This document shows positions 8,130 to 15,401 of a DNA stretch of 21,002 bases, piece after piece. The DNA is from Armatimonadota bacterium (lineage in GTDB: Bacteria; Armatimonadota; UBA5829; DTLH01). The translations under genes and the position numbers were made by a program. A model generated the notes under the pieces. The model saw nothing but the letters and a program-made list of their open reading frames with translations. It had not been told where the DNA came from and did no database searches. The stretch is taken from the NCBI GenBank assembly GCA_038207085.1, contig JBBRAE010000043.1:1-21002 (forward strand), written 5' to 3'. Positions within the stretch are counted from its first letter, which is position 1, and every line of letters begins with the position of its first letter.

Positions 8130-9647
8130 TCATGCGCCCGCGATCCTCGGCATCCACATCGGCTCCTTGCCCATCTCGGCGGATATCAACTTGATCAGGA
8201 GTTCGGACTTGAGTCCGGCACACTCTGGGCGGTTCCATAGATTCCTGACCTCGTAGGGATCCTCTACCAGGTCGAAAAGCTCGCCGTAGGCATGACCGAA
8301 GTATACTGTCAGCTTGTAACGCTCATCGACATAGGTCTTGCAGTGTACCGTCGTCGGCTCGTGGTGGTTCTCTACAATGATGTGGTCTCGCGCACTTGTT
8401 TTCTCACCTGCCCATACGCCGCTTTGGTCGACGCCGGTCATGGAGTTGGGCAAGTCAAGGCCGAGCATTCGTAAGAACGTCGGTGCAAGGTCTATAAGGC
8501 TTTGCATCGCGTCGCTCTTCTCCCCGGCGGGGACTGTTCCCGGGTAGCGCACAATGAGGGGGACTTTTATCATATCCTCATAGTGGAATGCTCCCTTGGC
8601 AGTCAGTCCGTGCTGGCCGAAGAAGTGCCCATGGTCGGTCGTAAAGACAACGATCGTGTTGTCGGTAAGCCCGAGTTCCTCGAGTCGATCAAGAATCTTG
8701 CCGATGTATTTGTCCATCAGGCTGACCATCCCATAGTAGGTCGCGATGTTCTTTGCAAGCTCGTATTTATCACATACGTGCGAATGGAACCCATGCACGC
8801 TCTTCCCCGTCTCCTTCCAGGGACTGAAATCCGGTTCTTCCTCTTGTGTGAGCGCGAAGTGCGGCGGGTTTTCATCGTGCTCTCTAGGGGTCAGCGATGG
8901 TACAGTGATCTTTTCCGGATCGTACATCGTGTCCCATGGCTCAGGAACAAGGTACTGAGGGTGCGGATCAAAGAAGCTCGCCCACAGGAAGAACGGCTCA
9001 TCGTTGGCCGCGTAATCTTCCATCAGAGCGTTGGTGCGCTCAGCGATCCACGTATCGTAGTGATACTCCTCCGGAATCATCCACTTATGCTTCTGGGTGT
9101 CGTTGTTGCCGGTAGGCGACTGGAAGTAGTCGCGCCAGTTGGCACAGCCCTTCTCCTCAAGCCAGATCGCGTAGTGTTGCCCGACGTGGGCCTCGGCTGT
9201 GTGGTTCCTGGCAAGCTCGACGTGCCGAAACCCGTAGAACGGCTCATCGAATGCTCGCCAAAAACCCAAGTCCTGCAGAACCGGATATGCCTCAAGCGAG
9301 GGATAATCCTCAGTCCCAACAAGTGGCTGAAAGTGCGCCTTGCCCACAAGTGCAGTCCGGTAACCTGCTGCGTGGAGGTCGTCTCCAATCGTGTGCGCTG
9401 ACTCCGGCAACTTCGTTCCAAGTGTCCACGCACCGTGCTGGCTTGGGTACTGGCCAGTGATAATCGACGCCCGCGTCGGGGTACAGGTAGGGTTGGGACA
9501 ATAAGCACGAGAGAACATCATCCCCTGCGAAGCAAGCCTGTCGAGGTTCGGCGTGCTCAGATCCGGGTTAATGCAGCCTATTGTGTTCCAGTGTTGCTGA
9601 TCGCTGGTGATTAGTAGAATGTTTGGTCTTGCACTACTCATGAGCAC
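8130..9647 (-). CDS. Cys-type (formylglycine-dependent) sulfatase, arylsulfatase A-like family
   Basis: RPNILLITSDQ, CTPTRASIITG (CxPxR), GKAH, DPHPQY, TTDHG and GELFDLVEDPYE. The start may be ATG 9641. Confidence 0.95.
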   Translation of the reverse strand: MLMSSARPNILLITSDQQHWNTIGCINPDLSTPNLDRLASQGMMFSRAYCPNPTCTPTRASIITGQYPSQHGAWTLGTKLPESAHTIGDDLHAAGYRTALVGKAHFQPLVGTEDYPSLEAYPVLQDLGFWRAFDEPFYGFRHVELARNHTAEAHVGQHYAIWLEEKGCANWRDYFQSPTGNNDTQKHKWMIPEEYHYDTWIAERTNALMEDYAANDEPFFLWASFFDPHPQYLVPEPWDTMYDPEKITVPSLTPREHDENPPHFALTQEEEPDFSPWKETGKSVHGFHSHVCDKYELAKNIATYYGMVSLMDKYIGKILDRLEELGLTDNTIVVFTTDHGHFFGQHGLTAKGAFHYEDMIKVPLIVRYPGTVPAGEKSDAMQSLIDLAPTFLRMLGLDLPNSMTGVDQSGVWAGEKTSARDHIIVENHHEPTTVHCKTYVDERYKLTVYFGHAYGELFDLVEDPYEVRNLWNRPECAGLKSELLIKLISAEMGKEPMWMPRIAGA

Positions 9648-9757
9648 TACTCTTTCTTTGCAACGGCACGTCGTCCCTGAAACCCTGAAGCAACCTCGTG
9701 CCGTATCCTTCGCTGAATGTTACTGTAGTAGTTGCCCCTTTTGTTAGCATGCACATT

Positions 9758-10048
9758 CTATTCAAGCTCCGCGATCCATGCTTCGAGCGTCCTCATGTTT
9801 CCGAGGGTGTCGTCCCACGTCATTGCGGGTGAATCGGGCTCCTTAGCGCCTTTCGCGATGGCTACGGCTACTGTGTCGGCCTCGATGGCGTAGAGTCCTC
9901 CGGCTTCCGGCACGCTGATCCGCTCGGGCTCTTCGATTCCCGCTTTGTGGACGATGATGTTCGCGCCGGTCTCGTCCTTGCCGCATAACCAGGGGTTCGG
10001 GACAAGTATCCAGCCTTCCGAACCATAAATTCGGACCACGTTCTCCTC
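9758..10048 (-). pseudogene. 3' fragment of a Gfo/Idh/MocA-family oxidoreductase
   Basis: ENVVRIYGSEGWILVPNPW...LYAIEADTVA...PAMTWDDTLGNMRTLEAW matches the C-terminal region of this family. The Rossmann fold is missing and homology ends at repeat R3. Confidence 0.75.
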
Positions 10049-10078
10049 GGGTAAATGGGGACAGACACCTTTTACGTG

Positions 10079-10147
10079 ACGGCGATTCCCGCTCTGGGTC
10101 ACGTGATATGGCACACCTTCAATGACTACACGTGCTGTTCTCGGCAT
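10079..10147 (-). pseudogene. 5' stub (23 codons) of a REP-associated tyrosine transposase (RAYT, Y1/IS200-like HUH)
   Basis: MPRTARVVIEGVPYHVTQSGNRR matches the MPRxxR...G..YHVxxRGNxR N-terminus of RAYT proteins. The HUH and Tyr motifs are lost. Confidence 0.85.
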
Positions 10148-10153
10148 GGACAG

Positions 10154-10183
10154 AGTATAGCAGAGCGGTCGAGGGAGTGTCAA
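10154..10183 (-). promoter_or_regulatory. sigma70 promoter for a probably leaderless RAYT transcript
   Basis: TTGACA-N18-TATACT with a TG extension. ATG 10147 follows the -10 after a 6-nt gap, with no RBS. Confidence 0.75.
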
Positions 10184-10297
10184 GATAAAAGGTGTCTGTC
10201 CCCTTTATTTCCCGGCAGGTGCTCTAAGTCAATTGCACGAGCGAGAATGTTGTCCATTATATGTGAGATGCGCCGCCCTGCGATTGTGTGGCACGCG

Positions 10298-11452
10298 TTA
10301 GGCCCGCCTTGCCGGAAGAAACGCGGATATCAGTGCAGTGTTTGCTGTGATACCGCTTTTTACGCGCCTTAGATATCCGTCCTGAACTAATTCCTTCACA
10401 TCTCTTGCGAGTGTGCGTTCGGTTACTTCGGTGTACTCCTTGGCGACCCGTCCTGTAATCATCGAAAGATTGCTCATCGGCACAGGGTCGGGCTTCGTGG
10501 AGAGATCAAGCACGAGATGTCGCTTACGAGCGTTGGCGTCCGAACCGACAAGCGTTTCATGGACGAAGTTGCGCCATGTGACTTCCATCTGCTGATGGCG
10601 GACCATGTCGAGCTGTTCCCGAAGTGAGTCCACAAATCCGCTCACTGCATACATCAAAAAGCCGACTACCCCATCCTGGTCGACGCTTGACCGGTCCAAC
10701 TGCCGGTAATACTCCGTTCGAGTCCGGTTGTAGTGATCGCTCAGGAGATGTGCGGCAGGAAGAGGGACCCCAGTAGCCGCAAGTATTTCAAACTCCACAA
10801 GTCGTGCGGTGCGCCCATTGCCGTCGCCAAATGGATGTATCCAGGCTATATAGAGATGCGTTGCGACGGCCTTGATAACTGCAAAAGCTATTTCCTGTCC
10901 CTCGGGCGGCTGGAACGATCCCGAGTTGTTCAACCAGTCGCACAGCCTCACCAGGAGATATTCACAGTCTTGGTGCGGCGCTCCGTGGTATCGCCCTACG
11001 CTTACGTCATAGTTGCGAATTATACCCGGCGTTATCCCTTCGTCCAACACAAGTCCGCGCAGAACTTGTCGGTTGAAATCAACCAATGTTTGCAGTTCAA
11101 TTATGGCGCTGTCGCCATTTACGGGCCTTCGGAATATGGCGTTGGCCGCTTCCACTATATTGTCGATTTCCTGACCCAGGTATTCCCTTGATGGTGGCAG
11201 AGGCAGATCTCCCTGCACTCGTCGGAGAGCTTCGCTTTCAGTAAGAGTATTGCCCTCAATCGCTGTGGTTGCGAGCGCTCCTTTGGCAAGGTATATATCA
11301 TTAAGTCTGGTTGCCACATCTGGACGTAGTGGAACGCCCGCGATATGCTCGATCTTGGATTGCGCTTCCCCAAGAAGCATCCACAGCGTGTATGGCACAT
11401 GCCGTAGATCAAGGGAGAAACTAATGTGAGGATGTGTCCTGGTTTATGTCAT
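10298..11452 (-). pseudogene. Fic-domain protein with C-terminal HTH; in-frame TAA at codon 3 (intact ORF 10298-11398 from GTG)
   Basis: Canonical HPFGDGNGRTAR motif, ATTAIEGN and a C-terminal TERTLARDVKEL HTH. The upstream frame reads M-T-*-TRTHPHISFSLDLRHVPYTLWMLLGE, with the stop at 11444-11446. Confidence 0.75.
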
Positions 11453-11643
11453 ACTATTTGTCATGTAAATAATCCAAATATTTGTTGGCCCTAACGTCGG
11501 ATGAGAAACCGGGTTGCGAGTGTCTTTCAGTGGTGTTATACCCAATACAGCTGCGACCAGTTGTCAATTATTGTCTATTATAGCAAGTCGTACGCTTACA
11601 ATACATGTCATGTATTATTGGCAGTCAATGGATCTTCCTTCAT

Positions 11644-11742
11644 GTCAATCGTGTTGATCACGTTGTCTGCTGAGTGTGAACGAGTCGTCTGGAGATTCTT
11701 CGCATCTGTGGGTCGTTGCCCGAAAAGGTGTCTGTCCCCTTT
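11644..11742 (+). repeat. 99-bp direct repeat copy 2, ending in REP-like copy R5 (11723-11742)
   Basis: Matches 3773-3871 (92/99 identical by manual alignment). Confidence 0.95.
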
Positions 11743-11967
11743 TCCTAGCGGGACCGATGGCATATCGTAGATCGGTTTGGAAAACGCAACAGTGGCCGCT
11801 GACGGCATAGTCGCGATACCTAAACTCTGCTGGCATGATCGATAGTCCGTATCGTGTCGCCAGCATATCTGTCCTGGCCTCAGTCCACGATGATCCATCA
11901 GTGGACGCATGTCGGTTGGAACGAATCAGGAAATCGGAGGGTTAAGGCCCGGCACAAAGTCGCGCCT

Positions 11968-12243
11968 CTAATAACTCCAGCCATTGTTCCGGGCTAACTC
12001 AAGGTTCTCAATCGGAGTTTGTTCGGGTTGCTTTCGTTTGTCGAACTCAGTCAGCAGCTCACACTGATAATCAGGACACTGGCCACAATGACTAATATAC
12101 CGTCCCATACAGCACTGAGCTATGGTGCATTGTGCCGCGGAGCATCGGTCCTGCTTGCCGCCCATGACTCGACATCCATCGCACGAGTGTTCAAGCATAG
12201 CGCCGCAAGTTCCACAATCCAGGCCGCAGTAAGCCATTTCCAT
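11968..12243 (-). CDS. DUF3795-like small Cys-rich (metal-binding) protein
   Basis: AYCGLDCGTC...CDGC...CTIAQCC...HCGQCPDYQC pattern. Start is ATG 12243 or TTG 12252. Confidence 0.85.
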   Translation of the reverse strand: MEMAYCGLDCGTCGAMLEHSCDGCRVMGGKQDRCSAAQCTIAQCCMGRYISHCGQCPDYQCELLTEFDKRKQPEQTPIENLELARNNGWSY

Positions 12244-12256
12244 CTTTTGCAATATA

Positions 12257-12832
12257 CTACACCTCACAGCATGAGACGCGTGCTTCGCCGTATTTGGAGA
12301 CATGGACGTCGGGATCGACTGAACCAAACAGCGTCAAATACGTGCGAGGCTCCCCGGGGGCAGGAACAATAGATAGTCCGATCTCAAAATAGAACCGCTC
12401 TGAGTCACTGTCAAGCCCAATCTGGTCCATCGGTATCAACGCTAAGACTTGATAGCCCTGATCGAGTCTGCTGATCGAATGCCGCACCATTGGTGCTGGA
12501 GCATACTCGCTGTGCCGAAAAGCTAGAACCTCGCTTCGATGAGCACCATCAAGGGGCAGAAAGGTCACCTGGTAGTTCTCGGTTTCACCAACAGGCAGAA
12601 AATACAAGTCCAGGCACGATCCCTCATAATGAACGTCACGGCGAATGATCTCACATTCGCCGATCGTCGCGAACACGGCAAGCTCATCGCCGGCAACAGC
12701 AAGACGCAACTGAGCAACAGTCGTGCCGCTCCATTCCACATGCAGGTCTGTCGAATCAACGAGATAATCGCCAATTCGTTCCACATGAGTGATGGATGTT
12801 AACCGGGGTATATCAAAATGTTTGTCTTGCAT
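12257..12832 (-). CDS. Hypothetical protein, CBM9/DOMON-like sugar-binding fold
   Basis: EGSCLDLYF...GYQVLALIPMDQIGL...FYFEIGLS resembles CBM9-like beta-sandwich motifs. Start taken at ATG 12832. Confidence 0.55.
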   Translation of the reverse strand: MQDKHFDIPRLTSITHVERIGDYLVDSTDLHVEWSGTTVAQLRLAVAGDELAVFATIGECEIIRRDVHYEGSCLDLYFLPVGETENYQVTFLPLDGAHRSEVLAFRHSEYAPAPMVRHSISRLDQGYQVLALIPMDQIGLDSDSERFYFEIGLSIVPAPGEPRTYLTLFGSVDPDVHVSKYGEARVSCCEV

Positions 12833-12933
12833 AGTGTTCCCTAACCCCAATAATTCGTAATGAGAGTAACCCGAGATTACCCATATAAATTTGGTAATCC
12901 CGTTTGCTATTGATTTCTCAGCTTAATGCTATT

Positions 12934-12962
12934 AGTATATGCAACCGTTGGGCAGATGTCAA
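12934..12962 (-). promoter_or_regulatory. sigma70 promoter for the CBM9-like/DUF3795 pair
   Basis: Minus strand TTGACA-N17-TATACT. Confidence 0.8.
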
Positions 12963-13090
12963 ATATTTTCGGACGGTTGAACCGCCAATTAACCTGTTCT
13001 TGGTGTGCAGCGCCCAGGACGTGTGCAGGAAAATGACACACGAGACGTTAATGCACGTTCCCTCTCATCTGGGCTTATGTTATTCCGGAT

Positions 13091-13107
13091 AAAAGGGGAC
13101 ACCTTTT
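13091..13107 (-). repeat. REP-like repeat copy R6 (4-nt internal deletion)
   Basis: AAAAGGGGACACCTTTT corresponds to AAAGGGGACAGACACCTTTT lacking one GACA unit. Confidence 0.75.
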
Positions 13108-13146
13108 ATGCACCCAATGATAACGGCCACTGTCGCCGTTCATTGG

Positions 13147-13174
13147 GCTTCGGGACGATGAGATGTCCCGAAGC
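13147..13174. terminator. Perfect 10-bp hairpin downstream of DUF167
   Basis: GCTTCGGGAC-N8-GTCCCGAAGC. No strong U tract. Confidence 0.55.
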
Positions 13175-13188
13175 ATATCAATGTGGCG

Positions 13189-13224
13189 CCCCTCACCCTA
13201 ACCCTCTCTCACAAGGGGAGAGGG
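13189..13224. repeat. CCCCTCACCC...GGAGAGGG-type extragenic palindromic repeat
   Basis: CCCCTCACCCTAACCCTCTCTCACAAGGGGAGAGGG, matching a widespread bacterial intergenic repeat motif. Confidence 0.7.
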
Positions 13225-13226
13225 AA

Positions 13227-13490
13227 CTAGAGCTCATCGATTCGTGCGCGTAGTTCTTCTTCGCTCAACCCATCAATCTCAAAGGTCTTGTCCCGGCTCT
13301 TTTCGCCTGAGACCAGGCTGACTTGGGAGCGCTTTACGCCGAGGGTTTTGGCGAGAAAGTCGACGCAGGCTTTGTTGGCTGCGCCTTCTACGGGGGGGGC
13401 GGTGAGTTTGACGGCGAGTGCGTCGCCTTTCCAGCCGATCACTTCTTCTGTTGAGCCGCGGGGGGTCACGCGGACCTTTAGGCGCACCAC
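13227..13490 (-). CDS. DUF167 / YggU family protein
   Basis: VRVTPRGS...LAVKLTAPPVEGAANKACVDFLAKTLGV...LVSGEKSRDK. GTG start just after the kinase stop. Confidence 0.92.
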   Translation of the reverse strand: MVRLKVRVTPRGSTEEVIGWKGDALAVKLTAPPVEGAANKACVDFLAKTLGVKRSQVSLVSGEKSRDKTFEIDGLSEEELRARIDEL

Positions 13491-13491
13491 C

Positions 13492-14421
13492 CTACAGCCG
13501 TTCGACCGCGACACCCGAAAGGAGCCGCAGGACGTCCTCGCGTTTGCCCATCTCAACACCTGAGCTCATCGCCGTGGCCGCGCCGGAGGCCGAACCCAGA
13601 GCAAGCGCGTCAGCAAGAGATTTCCCACCGACAAGCCCCGCGCAGATCCCAGCGACCATCGAGTCACCGGAGCCGACGGTGCTCAGTACCTCGACCCTTG
13701 GGGGGACGGCGTAGTAACACTCTGAAGCGCTCGCCGCGACCGCGCCTCGTTTGCCCATCGAGACTACCACAAGCTCGATACCGCGCGCGACCAATGCTCG
13801 GGCGGCCTCGGCGACGTCGCAGGGGGTTTTGAGCTCCATCCCCGTCAGGCGCTTGGCCTCCTCGATGTTCGGTTTGATCATACTCGGCCCGGCGGCTATG
13901 CCGTGGAGGAGCGACTGGTTGTCGGCGTCGAGCACAGCCTTCGAGCCCTCGGAGCGGATGATCTCGATCAGCTCGGCGTAGATCGTCGGCTCGACTCCCT
14001 GGGGGATGCTTCCGCCAAGGACCATCATCTTACTTTGTTTTGCCCAGGCGCGGACGCATGCTTTCAGTCGGGTGAGCTCGTCCGGGGTGATTGGGCCGCC
14101 GCGCTCGTTTAGCGTAGTCGGGGGTAGCCCGTCGCGGCACTCGATGTCGATGTTGGTGCGGGTTTCGGCTACGGTGCGGATGAAATCGGTGTGAATTCCC
14201 TCTTCGAAGAGCACATGCTCGATGAACCGGCCCGTCGTCCCGCCGACAAAGCCGAGCGCGACAGTCTCCGAGCCGAGCACCGCAAGCATACGCGAGGCGT
14301 TCACGCCTTTGCCGCCGGCATCAAGCTCGGTCCTGGTGATGCGGTTGGTGTCGCCGCAGACGAGACCGCCGACGTAAATGGTGCGGTCAAACGCAGGGTT
14401 GAGTGTAACTGTAGAGATCAT
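13492..14421 (-). CDS. pfkB: 1-phosphofructokinase-family hexose kinase (PfkB family)
   Basis: TVTLNPAFD, AGGKGVNAS, TRTNI, IKPNIEE and STVGSGDSMVAG. Confidence 0.95.
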   Translation of the reverse strand: MISTVTLNPAFDRTIYVGGLVCGDTNRITRTELDAGGKGVNASRMLAVLGSETVALGFVGGTTGRFIEHVLFEEGIHTDFIRTVAETRTNIDIECRDGLPPTTLNERGGPITPDELTRLKACVRAWAKQSKMMVLGGSIPQGVEPTIYAELIEIIRSEGSKAVLDADNQSLLHGIAAGPSMIKPNIEEAKRLTGMELKTPCDVAEAARALVARGIELVVVSMGKRGAVAASASECYYAVPPRVEVLSTVGSGDSMVAGICAGLVGGKSLADALALGSASGAATAMSSGVEMGKREDVLRLLSGVAVERL

Positions 14422-14443
14422 AGTGTGGACATTTCATAAGGAA

Positions 14444-14483
14444 GAGCGGAAAGACCCGGGACAACCCGCCGGTCCTTCCGCCC
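14444..14483 (-). terminator. GC-rich hairpin between hpf and pfkB
   Basis: Minus strand GGGCGGAAGGACC / GGTCTTTCCGCTC, followed by TTCCTT. Confidence 0.6.
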
Positions 14484-14505
14484 CATAAAACACAAAACAC
14501 AAATC

Positions 14506-14541
14506 AAAAACTAGCGACTAGCCACCACCGGCCAGCGACTA
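14506..14541 (-). terminator. Bulged hairpin plus U tract directly after the hpf stop
   Basis: Minus strand TAGTCGCTGGCC-GGTGGT-GGCTAGTCGCTA-GTTTTT. Confidence 0.5.
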
Positions 14542-14543
14542 AT

Positions 14544-15092
14544 TTAGGCTTCAGGCTCCATAAGGCCATAGTTGCCGTCTTTTCGTTTGTAGACGACTGC
14601 GACGTTGTCGCTGTCCTCATTTAGGAAGACGAAGAAGTCGTGGTGAAGAAGCTCCATCTGGTTGGCGGCCTCGTCTGGCCCCATCGGCTTGATGGCGAAG
14701 CGTTTGGTCCGTGTGATATACGGAAGCGGCTCTTCGTGGGCGTTTTCCGCTTCGGCCGCGATCTGCTCACGCTGCATCTCGCGTTCCTTGGGACCTTTGT
14801 CGATGGTCTTGCCGTAGAGTTTGCCTTTGAACCGCTGAACGCGGCGCTCGAGCTTCTCTACTACCAGATCGATGGACGCATACATGTCGTCCGAACGCTC
14901 TTCACCTCGCAAAAGCACTCCGTCGCCTTCAAGCATAACTTCGACGATGTGCCAGTTGCGCTGAACGCTTTGTGTGACTTGTGCCTCCTTGATTTCCTTG
15001 AAGTATTTCTCCAGTTTCTGGATCTTCTTCTCTGCGTAGCTCTTCAGGGCGTCTGTAACCTCGACGTTTTTGCCCTTCACTGTAACTAGCAT
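14544..15092 (-). CDS. hpf: Long-form ribosome hibernation promoting factor (HPF/RaiA)
   Basis: VKGKNVEVTDALKSYAEKK, DMYASIDLVVEKLERR and C-terminal KPMGPDEAANQMELLHHDFFVF...VVYKRKDGNYGLMEP. GAGGAG RBS before ATG 15092. Confidence 0.97.
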   Translation of the reverse strand: MLVTVKGKNVEVTDALKSYAEKKIQKLEKYFKEIKEAQVTQSVQRNWHIVEVMLEGDGVLLRGEERSDDMYASIDLVVEKLERRVQRFKGKLYGKTIDKGPKEREMQREQIAAEAENAHEEPLPYITRTKRFAIKPMGPDEAANQMELLHHDFFVFLNEDSDNVAVVYKRKDGNYGLMEPEA

Positions 15093-15155
15093 TGGCAGTG
15101 TACTCCTCTCAGTAGAAATCAACGGGCTTACCCGTCACCGCTTCGAAATCGAACA

Positions 15156-15184
15156 AGTGTAGCACGGGCACCCCTCATTGTCAA
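15156..15184 (-). promoter_or_regulatory. sigma70 promoter of hpf
   Basis: Minus strand TTGACA-N17-TACACT with a TG extension. Confidence 0.8.
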
Positions 15185-15401
15185 CGTGGACTATTCCCTC
15201 ATAACTTATCATGCCACTTCGCACCCAAGCTATACATATTCTATTGTACATTTGTTTATACCCATCTTTATGGGGCAGATGAAACAGCCTCAACAAGGAT
15301 TTTCTCTCTTGTTCGTAGAATCATGACGCAGGTCGTCGGAATCGTTGATGGCTTTTTACCCGTATTGAAGACTATAAATACAACTGCGGAGGCAGATCGC
15401 A

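Larger units (their letters stand above)
10057..10206 (-). mobile_element. 150-bp non-autonomous mini-element with inverted REP-like ends R3 (10057-10073, -) and R4 (10187-10206, +)
   Basis: GGGGACAGACACCTTTT ... AAAAGGTGTCTGTCCCCTTT enclose a promoter and a RAYT 5' stub. Confidence 0.8.

Noticed and set aside
3773..11742. 99-bp repeat pair as a DGR template/variable repeat
   Set aside because: Mismatches are not adenine-specific on either strand, neither copy is in a gene 3' end, and there is no reverse transcriptase.
87..13107. 20-bp repeats as a CRISPR array or classical integron attC sites
   Set aside because: Spacing is irregular (0.1-4 kb), orientation is mixed, there is no cas or intI gene, and I see no RYYYAAC/GTTRRRY ends.
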